Source: a virus (Duplodnaviria > Caudoviricetes). From it: 61,050 nucleotides of DNA. Each line of letters begins with the position of its first letter. Within the stretch, counting starts at the first letter, position 1. Position numbers and translations under genes: made by a program. The stretch lies in IMG/VR virus record IMGVR_UViG_3300021141_000010, positions 1 to 61,050 of that record, one strand, 5' to 3'. Shown one piece after another: positions 36,134 to 46,128 of this stretch. Under the pieces are notes generated by a model. The model was not told the origin of the DNA and ran no database searches. It worked only from the letters and a program-made list of their open reading frames with translations.

Positions 36134-39100
36134 CTAAAGGTCGAGTTCTGCGACTTCCATAGGTTTCTGCTGTGTGTTTTTCTCAATCCGCTGTAGGATT
36201 TGATTGGCTTTGTTCTGTGCTTGCAATTTCGGATCGGATGTCGCGGCCTTCATACCTCGCATTCTATCCATGTACTCAGCCATCCTCTTTGTGTAGTCGC
36301 CGCTGTGGACAGACATAGCATCCTGTACTTTGTAGTCGCTTCCTTTTGTGCCCGTTTTTGTGCCTTTGGCATCTGGTTGGATAGCAGCAAACATAGCCGC
36401 AGCATCCGTAGGTGCTTCGGGTATTGCCAACTCTGGGGGCTCAGGGGGCTTTTGAGCCTCGGGAACTTTGAGATTCAGATTCATTTCGGGGGATGAGAAC
36501 TCGACTCCTTCGAGCCCCGTTTTGATTTTGCCTGTCTCTTCGTTTATGATCGTCTTAGCGGCTTCAAAAAATCCGTCCTCGCGAGTCTTTGCAACGTCCC
36601 CCGAAAGGGTGTCCATAAAACTTGTGATCGCTTTGGTTCCTTTGCCCCATTCTGAAGGTGAGGTAATGAATTTCCATACTCGTTTACCGGCATCCAGAAT
36701 TCGCATGAACACGTCTTTCACGAAATCCATTGCGGCTGAGAAAGCATTTTTAATTGCTTTGGGCAAATAGTCTATTAACCATGTTCCGAAGGCAACGGTG
36801 AGTCGTAGCCCCATTCTCCACATGACTAGGATGTTTCCGGGGACAGCCATAAAGAACCCACCAAGGATTTTACCTAAATCCGAAAACATCGAACGCCAGT
36901 TCTCATAAACATACTTGGCAATGATGCCTGCGTTCTCTGCGAAGTTGTAAAAGAAACCATAGGCGGCTTGTGCAAACCACTGCATAGTTTCCCAAATCTT
37001 GGTTATCGCCCCAGAAATTCCGCCTGCACCCTGCAATGCGTTCATCACAGCAAAAATACCAGCTACGACCAATCCAATGCCGCCGACTATTAACGGGATC
37101 GGCCCTAAAAAAGACATCCAAGCGAATATTGAAACCAATCGAAATCCATTCATCATCCGCACGAGCAAACCTATAGCACCGCCAGTCCTAACCGCACCCA
37201 TTAGTCCAGTAGCGGCATTTTGGAGCATCGCAAATGTGGACAGTGCGACTACGACTGCCAGTTGTCTGAAGTATTCGAGAAGGCCCACAGAACGGATGGT
37301 CTGGTAAGATAATGCCAAAAATCTCCCGACAGCAGAGTTTCGCAACATTGCTATCGTGTTGATCGCAAGAGCCCTTGCGTTGCCCAATATGCTAGTGGTG
37401 AAGTAGACCATGCCTCTATAGGCAGCCGCAATCGCCCTATCCATCATGAGCGTGACTGTATTGTATATCTGAGTCATAACAGTGACCATACGCAACGCAC
37501 CGGCGAATACGACACCAGCATACTGGGCTACATATGCCATTGATTGAAACAATACAATGACAGGTGTCAAGACTACTCGCAGTCCGTACAACACAGAAAC
37601 AGCACTATGCAACCACCAACGAACACTGGCCACAGCCAATCCGAGCATGTGGAAGGCGGCTATAAAGGCTACGACTTTGACAACAAAATCAACTATTCTT
37701 GCGGCGGCCTCTCGATTATTTTTTATCCAATCTTGGAGCATTTTGACATATACAATAGCAGTTTTTAGGGCATCTTTAAGCCTAGCATCCAGCACATCCA
37801 TGACAGACAGCTTCATCTCCAGAAACATCTCAGATAATCGACTAGTTAGACCGCCCACCTCTTTCGACATCCTGTTGAGAAGATCAGCGAAGTAGCCACC
37901 TTTAGAAGTCTCCACTTCTAGAGCCTTCGCGAAATGCTCAGATGTTACCAGACCTTGCTCTTTGGCTAGTGTGATTTCTTTGATCCGCTGTTTGAGTTCA
38001 TCGTCAGTGAACCCAGGCTTCAGCGATGCTCTAGCCATCGTAACCAGCGGATTGAACCCATGCTCGGCTAGCTGATTTAAATCTTGTTGCATCAATTTGC
38101 CTTTGGTCATAATCTGAGAGAAGACCAAAGACAGTCGGCTTAGCCGCTCCTGACTACCACCGGCAACGACCCCTAGTCTTTTAATAGCATCGGTAGCCAT
38201 ATCGACAGCAACGCCGCGACCCATCATATTCTTAGTCTCCTCAGCGATGCCTGCCATGCTATATGGAGTCTGTTGAGCGTATTGCATCAAGTCCCCCATA
38301 ACAGCGTTAGCCTTCGCAGCATCTCGCGTAAACACTTCGATACCTGCACTCGCCGCCTTGAAGTTGGCGTATACGTCAAGCATGCCCTTGCCGGACTGCA
38401 CGAGGCTACTCAACGCATTGGCATGCATATAGATATCAGCACGCGCGCCCATACCTCCCATGCCGCCACCGCCTACAGCGTTTCCGCCTCCCGCAGCGTT
38501 GCCGCCACCGCCACCGCCACCGCCACCGCCACCGCCACCGCCACCGCCGCCTACAGCGTTTCCGAATTGGTTTTGCATGTTATTGAGCATGTTGTTCACA
38601 TGCCTAGTCATCTGTCTCGTGAATCTTGTGACCATCGGTTGGATGTTCACCGTATTAGTAGCTACTTGAAAGCTGTTTTGCATCATTTGTAAAACAGCTT
38701 GTAGCGTAGACTGCAAGATGACTCTAAGTCTAGCTCGCACCATGGGCACATACATGACGCGAGTAAGCATGGCGAGAGCGGCTGTGCTTATAGTATTCTG
38801 TGTGACCTGTAGGATGGTGTGCAGCACTACCTGTACGGCTTGTCTTATGGTGGCGTTTATTCGGCCGGAGCCCGCAGGCCGGATATTGTGGGCATTGACT
38901 ACAAGTAACCGAATGTAGCGAAGCAGAGAGTGTTCGACCACATGGATAGCTTGACGAATCGTAGTGTTCACACGACCCGCTCCCGATGACCGGATATTGT
39001 GCGCGTTCACCACCATCAGCCGAATGTATCGAAGCACGCTGTGCAGCACGACATCGACAGCTTGTCGAATAGTAGAATTAACCCTAGCGGAGCCGGAGGG

Positions 39101-39673
39101 TCGTATAGAATTAGTCTTTGCCACCAGACCGTTTGTCAAATTGATCAGGACATCCGTAATGGCGGCTAGGGACGCCTTGATCTGCTTGTTGATCTTAGTC
39201 GTAGAGACATTTATTTTGTTAGATGTAGCAACCAAACCTTGGATTGCGCGGAGCAGATCCCGTTCGAGCAGATCAACGGCGTTCTGCATAGCCATCTTCA
39301 CAGCATTCGCTGCTTTACTCACGCTTGGGGTTGCAAATTTCTTTGCTGCATCATTTACCGCATCGACCAAGGATTTTTCTATGGCTTTTGTGGCATTCTT
39401 TATCGAATCCGTAACCCCTTTATGTTTTATTTGGATCGTGTGGATCTGACCGACCAGAGACTGTGCAGCTTGTTTAAGGCCCCGTTCGATCAAATCCACA
39501 GAGTTCTTGACCGCCATCTTCACAGCATTCGCAGACGCTTTCTGCGAAGCTACCTTATCGATAGAGTCTTGGAGACGCTTGGCCTTATCTTCAACATCCT
39601 TGATCGCCTTATCAAATTTCTTGCTATCGGCGACGATTCGGACGCGAATTGGAGGTAGTTCTCGATCTGCCAT
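36134..39673 (-). CDS. Tape measure protein
   Basis: 1179 aa; tape_meas core AQQTPYS..LGVVAGG..QIMTKGKL..DLNQL; hydrophobic stretches; follows the chaperone pair. Confidence 0.9.
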   Translation of the reverse strand: MADRELPPIRVRIVADSKKFDKAIKDVEDKAKRLQDSIDKVASQKASANAVKMAVKNSVDLIERGLKQAAQSLVGQIHTIQIKHKGVTDSIKNATKAIEKSLVDAVNDAAKKFATPSVSKAANAVKMAMQNAVDLLERDLLRAIQGLVATSNKINVSTTKINKQIKASLAAITDVLINLTNGLVAKTNSIRPSGSARVNSTIRQAVDVVLHSVLRYIRLMVVNAHNIRSSGAGRVNTTIRQAIHVVEHSLLRYIRLLVVNAHNIRPAGSGRINATIRQAVQVVLHTILQVTQNTISTAALAMLTRVMYVPMVRARLRVILQSTLQAVLQMMQNSFQVATNTVNIQPMVTRFTRQMTRHVNNMLNNMQNQFGNAVGGGGGGGGGGGGGGGGGNAAGGGNAVGGGGMGGMGARADIYMHANALSSLVQSGKGMLDVYANFKAASAGIEVFTRDAAKANAVMGDLMQYAQQTPYSMAGIAEETKNMMGRGVAVDMATDAIKRLGVVAGGSQERLSRLSLVFSQIMTKGKLMQQDLNQLAEHGFNPLVTMARASLKPGFTDDELKQRIKEITLAKEQGLVTSEHFAKALEVETSKGGYFADLLNRMSKEVGGLTSRLSEMFLEMKLSVMDVLDARLKDALKTAIVYVKMLQDWIKNNREAAARIVDFVVKVVAFIAAFHMLGLAVASVRWWLHSAVSVLYGLRVVLTPVIVLFQSMAYVAQYAGVVFAGALRMVTVMTQIYNTVTLMMDRAIAAAYRGMVYFTTSILGNARALAINTIAMLRNSAVGRFLALSYQTIRSVGLLEYFRQLAVVVALSTFAMLQNAATGLMGAVRTGGAIGLLVRMMNGFRLVSIFAWMSFLGPIPLIVGGIGLVVAGIFAVMNALQGAGGISGAITKIWETMQWFAQAAYGFFYNFAENAGIIAKYVYENWRSMFSDLGKILGGFFMAVPGNILVMWRMGLRLTVAFGTWLIDYLPKAIKNAFSAAMDFVKDVFMRILDAGKRVWKFITSPSEWGKGTKAITSFMDTLSGDVAKTREDGFFEAAKTIINEETGKIKTGLEGVEFSSPEMNLNLKVPEAQKPPEPPELAIPEAPTDAAAMFAAIQPDAKGTKTGTKGSDYKVQDAMSVHSGDYTKRMAEYMDRMRGMKAATSDPKLQAQNKANQILQRIEKNTQQKPMEVAELDL
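38461..38560 (-). repeat. (GGCGGT)n poly-Gly tract in the tape measure
   Basis: ccgccaccgcca tandem on + strand; GNAVG(n)-NAAGGG-NAVGGGG. Confidence 0.85.
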
Positions 39674-39990
39674 TATTGATCCTCATCCTTCATTCCGAAA
39701 ATAGCTAGCCAAGTATCTTTCGAGCTTTTTTCCTCAGGTACGGATGGTTTAAGTTCCAAAAGGAACTCATTGATCGGCCCTACCTTTGCTCCCTGGGAAG
39801 CATAGATGGCCCGTATCATCGAAGCAGAGTAGTAGTCAGACTTCTCTGAATGCGACATGCGTTCTTCAAAGTACGCCTGCCATTCATCAAATTCCGATAC
39901 CGTAGTCAACTGCTTAATCAGCGATACGGGCCATCCAAGTTCATGTGCCAGTTTGTACCACAGGTACTTTTCTGGCCCTAATCGTTTTTT
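39673..39990 (-). CDS. Tail assembly chaperone gpT-like segment (expressed by -1 frameshift)
   Basis: The -1 frame is open from the slippery site: RLGPEKYLWYKLAHELGWPVSLIKQLTTVSEFDEWQAYF. Confidence 0.78.
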   Translation of the reverse strand, partial: KKRLGPEKYLWYKLAHELGWPVSLIKQLTTVSEFDEWQAYFEERMSHSEKSDYYSASMIRAIYASQGAKVGPINEFLLELKPSVPEEKSSKDTWLAIFGMKDEDQ

Positions 39991-40346
39991 TCCGAGCCCT
40001 CGTCGGCTTTCTTGATCCTGAGGCCATTGAGTTCAATAGCAATCTCGAACAAAGCCTTTTGAGCAGTATCCGGCCATTCCTGGATTTTCGACTCAGGAAT
40101 CAACTTGCTGTCTGCGTCGTACAAACAGAAAGACAGAAGGGTGCTATAAAGACCCTTGTAGTCTTTCATGCTCACGACCTCGCCATTCGCATCGCGATTA
40201 GTTCTCGATGCCGTCTTGTTGAAATACTCATCTCGCTGCGCCCCTGTCAACTCCTTGATGGAGTACCGAACGAACTCGCCTTCGGAGAGTTCGAGTTCGA
40301 CTGGCTGAGACTTGCGGAGAACTGAAATTCGCACTGCATCTGACAT
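39978..40346 (-). CDS. Tail assembly chaperone gpG-like
   Basis: IKELTGAQRDEY..ELNGL..EKN; lies between tail tube and tape measure. Confidence 0.82.
   Translation of the reverse strand: MSDAVRISVLRKSQPVELELSEGEFVRYSIKELTGAQRDEYFNKTASRTNRDANGEVVSMKDYKGLYSTLLSFCLYDADSKLIPESKIQEWPDTAQKALFEIAIELNGLRIKKADEGSEKND
39984..39990 (-). other. Programmed -1 frameshift slippery heptamer A AAA AAC
   Basis: GAA AAA AAC GAT TAG at the end of the chaperone ORF. Confidence 0.8.
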
Positions 40347-40368
40347 AATTTTTTCACCCTTCTGCTAC

Positions 40369-40395
40369 AAAAAAGGCGAACACTCGGGTTCGCCT
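40369..40395 (-). terminator. Terminator after the tail tube gene
   Basis: GGCGAAC/GTTCGCC stem followed by TTTTTT. Confidence 0.65.
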
Positions 40396-40421
40396 GGAAA
40401 CTAACAAGTGTTCGGCCAGGA

Positions 40422-40886
40422 TTACGGAGCAGGCGTCGTGGTTGTGGTCGTGGTTGTAACCACGTTTGCAAGCACAGGCCCGATTTCTGCTGGGGTAGCG
40501 GCAGTTGACAAGTTACTTGGAATGAGTTCCAAAGTAGCCTGAGGACGCTCACCTTCTTTGAGAGCATCCGGCGTGAATTTATTCACGACGGCATAGAATG
40601 TGAAAGTCGCACCGTCTGGGAATGTGATGACGATTTGACGATTCGACCCGAGAATGTTCTGCATCTGCGGGATGACATTTGAATCATATGCTACCACAAC
40701 CGAAATGGTTCCCAGAGTAACCAACTTCTTACCGAGGTTGGTTCGGTAGCGACCATTTCGCATCGTGGTCTGGTCAATAACTCCGTTGGCATCCAATTCG
40801 GGTGGGGTTACTTCGATTTCCTCGAAAAGCGCAGTAATCCCGGTGATCGCAATGAGTGTCTTGAACCCGTCTGTTAGCTTTGCCAT
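40422..40886 (-). CDS. Major tail tube protein with C-terminal poly-Thr tail
   Basis: VTPPELD..IDQTTM..VITFPDGATFTF; ends VVTTTTTTTPAP. Confidence 0.8.
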   Translation of the reverse strand: MAKLTDGFKTLIAITGITALFEEIEVTPPELDANGVIDQTTMRNGRYRTNLGKKLVTLGTISVVVAYDSNVIPQMQNILGSNRQIVITFPDGATFTFYAVVNKFTPDALKEGERPQATLELIPSNLSTAATPAEIGPVLANVVTTTTTTTTPAP

Positions 40887-40889
40887 CGT

Positions 40890-41282
40890 TTACTCCGAAA
40901 TGGTGAGCAGGAATTGTTGTGCGTAGTGGTATCGCCGGGTCTGTTGTTCTTGCCCTGCAAATCCTATTGTATTAGATTTAGTGATGACTAGCAATTTTTG
41001 ACCATCGGACAGAGGGAACCCGTAAACGGATTCAAACATATCCGAAAGCTGCTTAAGAACCCCACCTGCGGTAGAATCCACCCCCCTAACGCGAACTTCA
41101 ATACGGGGATGCTCATCGCGTTTGCCGGATCGATGCTTCCGAGGTTCCAAACGACCACTCCCAATTTCATAGATTAAAATTGAGTTATCTGGCTGGTCTG
41201 GGACGTGATTGATGAATATTGAATATCCAAGGTTTGGGAGATTTGTCTCGATTACCTCTGCCAAGGCTTCTGCACCGGTCAT
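40890..41282 (-). CDS. Tail terminator / minor capsid-like protein
   Basis: PDQPDNSILIY..EHPRIEVRVRG; synteny. Confidence 0.7.
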   Translation of the reverse strand: MTGAEALAEVIETNLPNLGYSIFINHVPDQPDNSILIYEIGSGRLEPRKHRSGKRDEHPRIEVRVRGVDSTAGGVLKQLSDMFESVYGFPLSDGQKLLVITKSNTIGFAGQEQQTRRYHYAQQFLLTISE

Positions 41283-41707
41283 ATTCTGGACATCTCCTCT
41301 GCTATCATTCCGACCATAACGCTTTGGAACATATCAACTCCATGATCCATCCACTTCCACTGAGTTCCAGGGTGTATGGCTTCTTGAATCTCATCGTGTT
41401 GCTTAGCGGCGTACTTCTCGGGTTTTTGCAGTACAATACGCCCCGAAGATACGAATACTCGGTAGTGTGGGAATTCAGGCTCTGCCCCATATCCGATGAT
41501 GGTTTCAGTCTGTAAGCCTTCTTTTTCCTGCATCCAGATACCAGACGCTTGCAGGGCTCCAGTTTCCTGCTTTACGAAAACGTCCGTATTCCTCAGAAGA
41601 GTATCAGCGGCATCCGCACTAGACTGCCTAAAGGCGTGTCCTAGATCCTTGGCGTATGCCCTAAGGGCCTTACTCAGCGCAGGCACTCCGTCTATTTTAA
41701 CTCTCAT
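41279..41707 (-). CDS. HK97 gp10-like neck protein
   Basis: VKIDGV..ETGALQASG..YAAKQHD..WKWM. Confidence 0.7.
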   Translation of the reverse strand: MRVKIDGVPALSKALRAYAKDLGHAFRQSSADAADTLLRNTDVFVKQETGALQASGIWMQEKEGLQTETIIGYGAEPEFPHYRVFVSSGRIVLQKPEKYAAKQHDEIQEAIHPGTQWKWMDHGVDMFQSVMVGMIAEEMSRI

Positions 41708-42051
41708 TAGCCGCAAGCCTCGTAGAGCGTTTCGGTGTTTCGCAGGTTCGGAGTCATCGACGAGTCGATGACTTCATACACATCTGAGTTCTGCTTGGGG
41801 TTGTCCCAGTAGGCGGTATCGGCCAGTGTGCCCAATCGCATCAATCCGCCTACTTCTAGGCGGACTTCTGTGATCGTCTGCACCCGAGACATGACTCGGG
41901 TGTTGGTATTGCTCAGCACTTCCTTGAGCATCTCTTCCCACCGGCAGGTATACTCGACCGGTGATCCCCAAATAGGTTCGCCGGTCTTCTGTGTGCCTAC
42001 CCTAGGCCAATAGACCATGGTCTGTTTCTGCGCACGCCTAATAAGTGACAT
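41707..42051 (-). CDS. Head-closure protein
   Basis: QTMVYW..GEP.WGSPVEYTCRWEE; synteny. Confidence 0.65.
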   Translation of the reverse strand: MSLIRRAQKQTMVYWPRVGTQKTGEPIWGSPVEYTCRWEEMLKEVLSNTNTRVMSRVQTITEVRLEVGGLMRLGTLADTAYWDNPKQNSDVYEVIDSSMTPNLRNTETLYEACG

Positions 42052-42439
42052 CGGTGTTTGCCTCCTTACCGGCCCAGAACAGATCGAATTTGACCATGCC
42101 TTTGACGACCTTGTTATTCCAGACGGCAAGTTTGCCGCTGGAATCAAGCATCATGGCAGTGGTTCCAAAGTGCGTCAGGCCAAGTCCGTCTGCAAGACGG
42201 ACTTGGTAGCTTGCTTGGATCGTCTTGACCTGCTCGCTTTGTATCCGAGGGTCACTGATGGCAATCAGGTGAGCCGAGAGATACCGCTCGACAAGCTCGG
42301 CGGTATTCACGTCTAGGGACGTTCCGATGATGTTCGTCACCATCAGAGACGCACTGTCAATCATCAACTGGGGATCTGGTACGTTCGTCGAGTCGTACTG
42401 GATGATCTTGTTGACGGCGACCAAAGTTGTTCTTGCCAT
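42038..42439 (-). CDS. Head-tail adaptor protein
   Basis: ERYLSAHLI..THFGTTAMMLDSSGKL. Confidence 0.72.
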   Translation of the reverse strand: MARTTLVAVNKIIQYDSTNVPDPQLMIDSASLMVTNIIGTSLDVNTAELVERYLSAHLIAISDPRIQSEQVKTIQASYQVRLADGLGLTHFGTTAMMLDSSGKLAVWNNKVVKGMVKFDLFWAGKEANTDVTY

Positions 42440-42442
42440 TTA

Positions 42443-44563
42443 TCACCCCACGATACTTCCGAGTGCGACCGAATCTCCGGCGTTGGCCGGAACCAGAATG
42501 TTGTACTTGCGGAGACTTCCCGTTCGGTAAACGATGTAGGTAGCCCCCTTAACCAAGTTGTTGAATTGAATGACCCCTTGGTTGTCGGCGGCGGCCGTCC
42601 GAGCGGCATCTTCCATGACGATGCCCGTCGATCCTGTAGGTGGTGACGATGCCTGGATCGTCACCTGCGCACCCGCCTGAGCGACTCCGTTCAGGTCGAA
42701 CACAGTCCAGTATCCGGTTGTCCGTGGAGCCACGCTCGGCGTGACTCCACCGGTGCTAGTCAGCGTGTACGTCTGCGAGACGTTCCCGCTGACCACTAGC
42801 GAAACCGGAGTGAAGCTGAACCCTGCGGCGGTGATCGCGACGGTAAACGTCGCGTCATCGAGACTGAAAGTAGTCACACCGCTGGCGTTGGTAACGCCAG
42901 CATAGGTTTCCCCTGCCCGGTAAACGCGAACGGTGGCGGCTTCGACCGGATTGGCCGAGGCGTCTCGAACCGTGATCGTTACGATCCTCGCGCCCGACCC
43001 TTGGCCGGTCGCTCCGGTGATCCAAGCAGCATCGCCGCGATCTCGGATCGCTTCGAGCGAATCTGTCGTCTCGTTGTAGCCTGCCCCCGCTGTGGTCAAG
43101 TTGATTTCGGCTCGGGTGGTGCTATCTGCCGTTTTGCCTGCGATGGCTCCTAGCCATCGCGACATATAGGTGATGCCCGAGAACAGCGTTGCTGGGATGC
43201 GGGTCACTAGGGCAGTCACGTTGGCCGCCACGGCGGCCAACGCTGTGCTGGTGGCTAGGCCCGACTGGATTGCGGAAATCGAGTGAACGTGGACGGTTGG
43301 TATAACAATGAATTGGTCGCCCACAGTCGGAGCGGACGTGAACGCCTCTTCGACTGTAAACACCCCATTGCTGTTTACATACCCAGTGATTGGGCTGTTC
43401 TGCTCGTTCAGAGATGCCGCACTGATGAAGAGCAGAACGGCGTGCTTGAAAGCACCTGATGGGTAGTTGACATTGGAGGAGAAGGTAGTTGTCGTTGGAG
43501 TCGTCGCTGAGGTGACGGTTCCTTCGACAACGGTGTTGGACTTTTTGATGATGCTGATGTATTTAGCGAGACTATGTGCGACCCCATCGTGATCGTCAAC
43601 ATTTTCTTCTAGCACCGCATCGGCAATAGCCGATGCCGTAGGCACATCTGAAACTGCCGCTGGGTTTGCGGGCAGATTGTCAGTCTTGGCTTTGATTGCG
43701 GCTACCTCTGTGTCTACATAGGATGCCAACGTACCCAGAAGAGTCGTGATGTTTGCGAAGCTCGCGGCAATGTCGCTGGCATCTGCCGGGTCTACCGGCA
43801 GATTGTCAGTCTTGGCCTTGATTGCAGCTACTTCGGTATCTATGTACCCAGCTATCGTGGCCAGGGCTGCATTTACGCTCGCGAAGCTCGCGGCAATGTC
43901 GCTGGCATCTGCCGGGTCTACCGGCAGATTGTCAGTCTTCGCCTTGATTGCAGCTACCTCTGTGTCGATGTAGCTTGAGATGGTAGCAAGTGTGTTATTG
44001 ACTGTTACGAAGCTGGCAGCAATATCACTGGCATCTGCCGGATCTACCGGCAGATTGTCAGTCTTGGCTTTGATTGCAGCTACCTCTGTGTCAACATAAG
44101 AGGCGAGCGTATCGACGCTCGCCTGTGATGCTCGCGAGGCAACAGTCGTTTCGTCTGCTACGGAGGCTGGGAACGTCACCGCCGCCGCTGCGTTGGCGTC
44201 TTGTCCGTTGATTTGCACTACGTTGGCTTTTCGATTGCGATTCTCAATCGAGAAGGCTTTGAGCTTGATGCGAGTCAAATCTTTGCCGTCGACTGTTCCC
44301 GCTGTGAAGACTACATCGTAGTCTTCACCTACGGCATAGAACGTAGCATCCGCCGATGTGTCAATTGTGACCATGTGAAGACCGGCCTTGCCGTCATAGT
44401 CCGCAGAGACGCTGATGCCGGACGTACTTTCCGTGACGCTGTTCTTGTACACAGCGAAAGTCATCGCTACCGCTGGTGTGGTGGGTACGAGGGCTTGGCT
44501 CAAGGTGTTAAACTTGATCCTAATCACCGACCCTGCTAGGAAATCACCAATGTATTCGCTCAT
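42443..44563 (-). CDS. Virion fibre/decoration-like protein with 41-aa repeats and C-terminal Ig/carboxypeptidase-regulatory-like domains
   Basis: 4x Y(V/I)DTEVAAIKAKTDNLP; VRDASANPVEAATV..TNASGVTTFSL. Confidence 0.65.
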   Translation of the reverse strand: MSEYIGDFLAGSVIRIKFNTLSQALVPTTPAVAMTFAVYKNSVTESTSGISVSADYDGKAGLHMVTIDTSADATFYAVGEDYDVVFTAGTVDGKDLTRIKLKAFSIENRNRKANVVQINGQDANAAAAVTFPASVADETTVASRASQASVDTLASYVDTEVAAIKAKTDNLPVDPADASDIAASFVTVNNTLATISSYIDTEVAAIKAKTDNLPVDPADASDIAASFASVNAALATIAGYIDTEVAAIKAKTDNLPVDPADASDIAASFANITTLLGTLASYVDTEVAAIKAKTDNLPANPAAVSDVPTASAIADAVLEENVDDHDGVAHSLAKYISIIKKSNTVVEGTVTSATTPTTTTFSSNVNYPSGAFKHAVLLFISAASLNEQNSPITGYVNSNGVFTVEEAFTSAPTVGDQFIVIPTVHVHSISAIQSGLATSTALAAVAANVTALVTRIPATLFSGITYMSRWLGAIAGKTADSTTRAEINLTTAGAGYNETTDSLEAIRDRGDAAWITGATGQGSGARIVTITVRDASANPVEAATVRVYRAGETYAGVTNASGVTTFSLDDATFTVAITAAGFSFTPVSLVVSGNVSQTYTLTSTGGVTPSVAPRTTGYWTVFDLNGVAQAGAQVTIQASSPPTGSTGIVMEDAARTAAADNQGVIQFNNLVKGATYIVYRTGSLRKYNILVPANAGDSVALGSIVG
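43670..44100 (-). repeat. 123-bp tandem coding repeat (about 3.5 units)
   Basis: GGCAGATTGTCAGTCTT recurs at about 43671, 43797, 43923 and 44049; spacing about 123-126 nt. Confidence 0.8.
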
Positions 44564-44566
44564 GGT

Positions 44567-45223
44567 TTATTTGATTAAGGGGTGGTCTAGGGGATCGAAA
44601 GTACCGCCGCCGCCAGTCGCACCGTAAACTGGCGATTCCACAAGCGACAGAACATATGTCCGCCATGCTGCCGAATTGGTAACTGTCACGTTGGTCGTCG
44701 GCCAAATTGTTGTGCGGCTCAACTGGTGATCCAATCGCGTTTGCCACAATGAACTATCTGTTGCCGACTGAACGAGCGACATTCCTGTCGGACTTGACAG
44801 AGTATTTGCCGCATTGCGATTTTGCGCCCACGCTACCAACGCTTGATCGCTTGCGTTAGTTTGAAATGTGTTTGCCGTTTGTGCAGAATATACAATCGTC
44901 GTGCCCGTGCCGGAGTTGGTCGAAATGTAATTTGGAAACACAAGAGTTCCCGGGCCACCTCTCCAAACCGTTGCGTAAATCTGATCCGCATTTGTCCATG
45001 TGCCGTAAGACTCGGATGATGTCTGAGCAAACTTGTACGCGATAACTAACGAACCACTGCTAAGCGAGATTGCAACTCTCGTTACCCATCCTGCGGGAAC
45101 TGTTGGAATTATTGATGCTCCATCGTTGTAGGCAAACCACAACAACAAGTCTCCCGCCGCATGCGTAAGCATGGTTCCGGTCGAAGCATTGACGGTACTA
45201 GACGCTTGCAAGGCTATTGTCAC
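44567..45223 (-). CDS. Putative beta-rich virion protein
   Basis: HAAGDLLLWFA..PTVPAGW motif; structural operon. Confidence 0.6.
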   Translation of the reverse strand: MTIALQASSTVNASTGTMLTHAAGDLLLWFAYNDGASIIPTVPAGWVTRVAISLSSGSLVIAYKFAQTSSESYGTWTNADQIYATVWRGGPGTLVFPNYISTNSGTGTTIVYSAQTANTFQTNASDQALVAWAQNRNAANTLSSPTGMSLVQSATDSSLWQTRLDHQLSRTTIWPTTNVTVTNSAAWRTYVLSLVESPVYGATGGGGTFDPLDHPLIK

Positions 45224-45735
45224 AGCTGAGGCTCCGTAGCAGGATCACCGTTCCAAACTGTCAGTTTTTCTCTTGCCGCTTGCAGCCTGTCCTGCCACGA
45301 GTCATCTTTCGCTTGTCGCACTAGATCCAGCTTCAACGATTCCAAAGCGTCATCCACGTCTTGCTGCGAGGCTGTGATCTTGTGGTTCTGTAATACAGAC
45401 TCCATTCGATTCACTTCCAAAGCTAGCTTGTCTGCGCCCGGCACAATGCCGTACTCATGTAAAGTGTAGAGCTTCTCTTGGATGTCTTGGCGAGCCAGTG
45501 GCAAGCCAGTACCGGTTAACGCATAGACTGCCCACTTCGATCCGCCGTTTTCAAGAGCGTCTCGCAGAGCCTCGGTAGACGTATCGCCGAGGATCTCGGC
45601 GATGCCGCTCCAAGTCCACATACGAGTGTCGACGACATGAACATGCGGAGCGTTCAAGTCGGCGTACACTTGCGAAGCAGTCTTTTGTTGCCACCCAGGT
45701 ATACTTGAAATCAGTGATCGTAGGTCAACAGCCAT
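45220..45735 (-). CDS. Hypothetical protein
   Basis: GGAG SD; GTGA coupling with the next gene. Confidence 0.65.
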   Translation of the reverse strand: MAVDLRSLISSIPGWQQKTASQVYADLNAPHVHVVDTRMWTWSGIAEILGDTSTEALRDALENGGSKWAVYALTGTGLPLARQDIQEKLYTLHEYGIVPGADKLALEVNRMESVLQNHKITASQQDVDDALESLKLDLVRQAKDDSWQDRLQAAREKLTVWNGDPATEPQL

Positions 45736-45747
45736 TCTGCGCTCCGG

Positions 45748-46128
45748 TTACTTGTCGGAAATCCGACTAGAATTGAGGTGAGTATCCATATTATCCACCC
45801 TCTCCGAGAGGTTATCCACTTTCCCCTCAATGGAGTCCAACCGTTCGGGCACGGAAGCCAATCGCTGCAAACTCGCCGATACGCTTTTCATCGTATCGTT
45901 CGCCTGTTCCAAAGTGGTGTTTAGGTTGTCTAAGTGCAGGAACCCGCGATCCCTTGCGGGGATCGCGATCTCCTTGCCGAACCAACTTGCGGCCCTCCAC
46001 GCGCCCAGTCCAACAGCAATCAGAATGGCAACAACCACCCCGGTGGTTGTGTAGTTCTGTTCGGTCAAGAACCGATGAGCTTGAGAGGGGTCTACCGCTT
46101 GGGCAATGATGGAATGAGTGCGAATCAT
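45748..46128 (-). CDS. Single-TM coiled-coil protein (holin/spanin-like)
   Basis: GVVVAILIAVGLGAW TM followed by heptads. Confidence 0.55.
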   Translation of the reverse strand: MIRTHSIIAQAVDPSQAHRFLTEQNYTTTGVVVAILIAVGLGAWRAASWFGKEIAIPARDRGFLHLDNLNTTLEQANDTMKSVSASLQRLASVPERLDSIEGKVDNLSERVDNMDTHLNSSRISDK

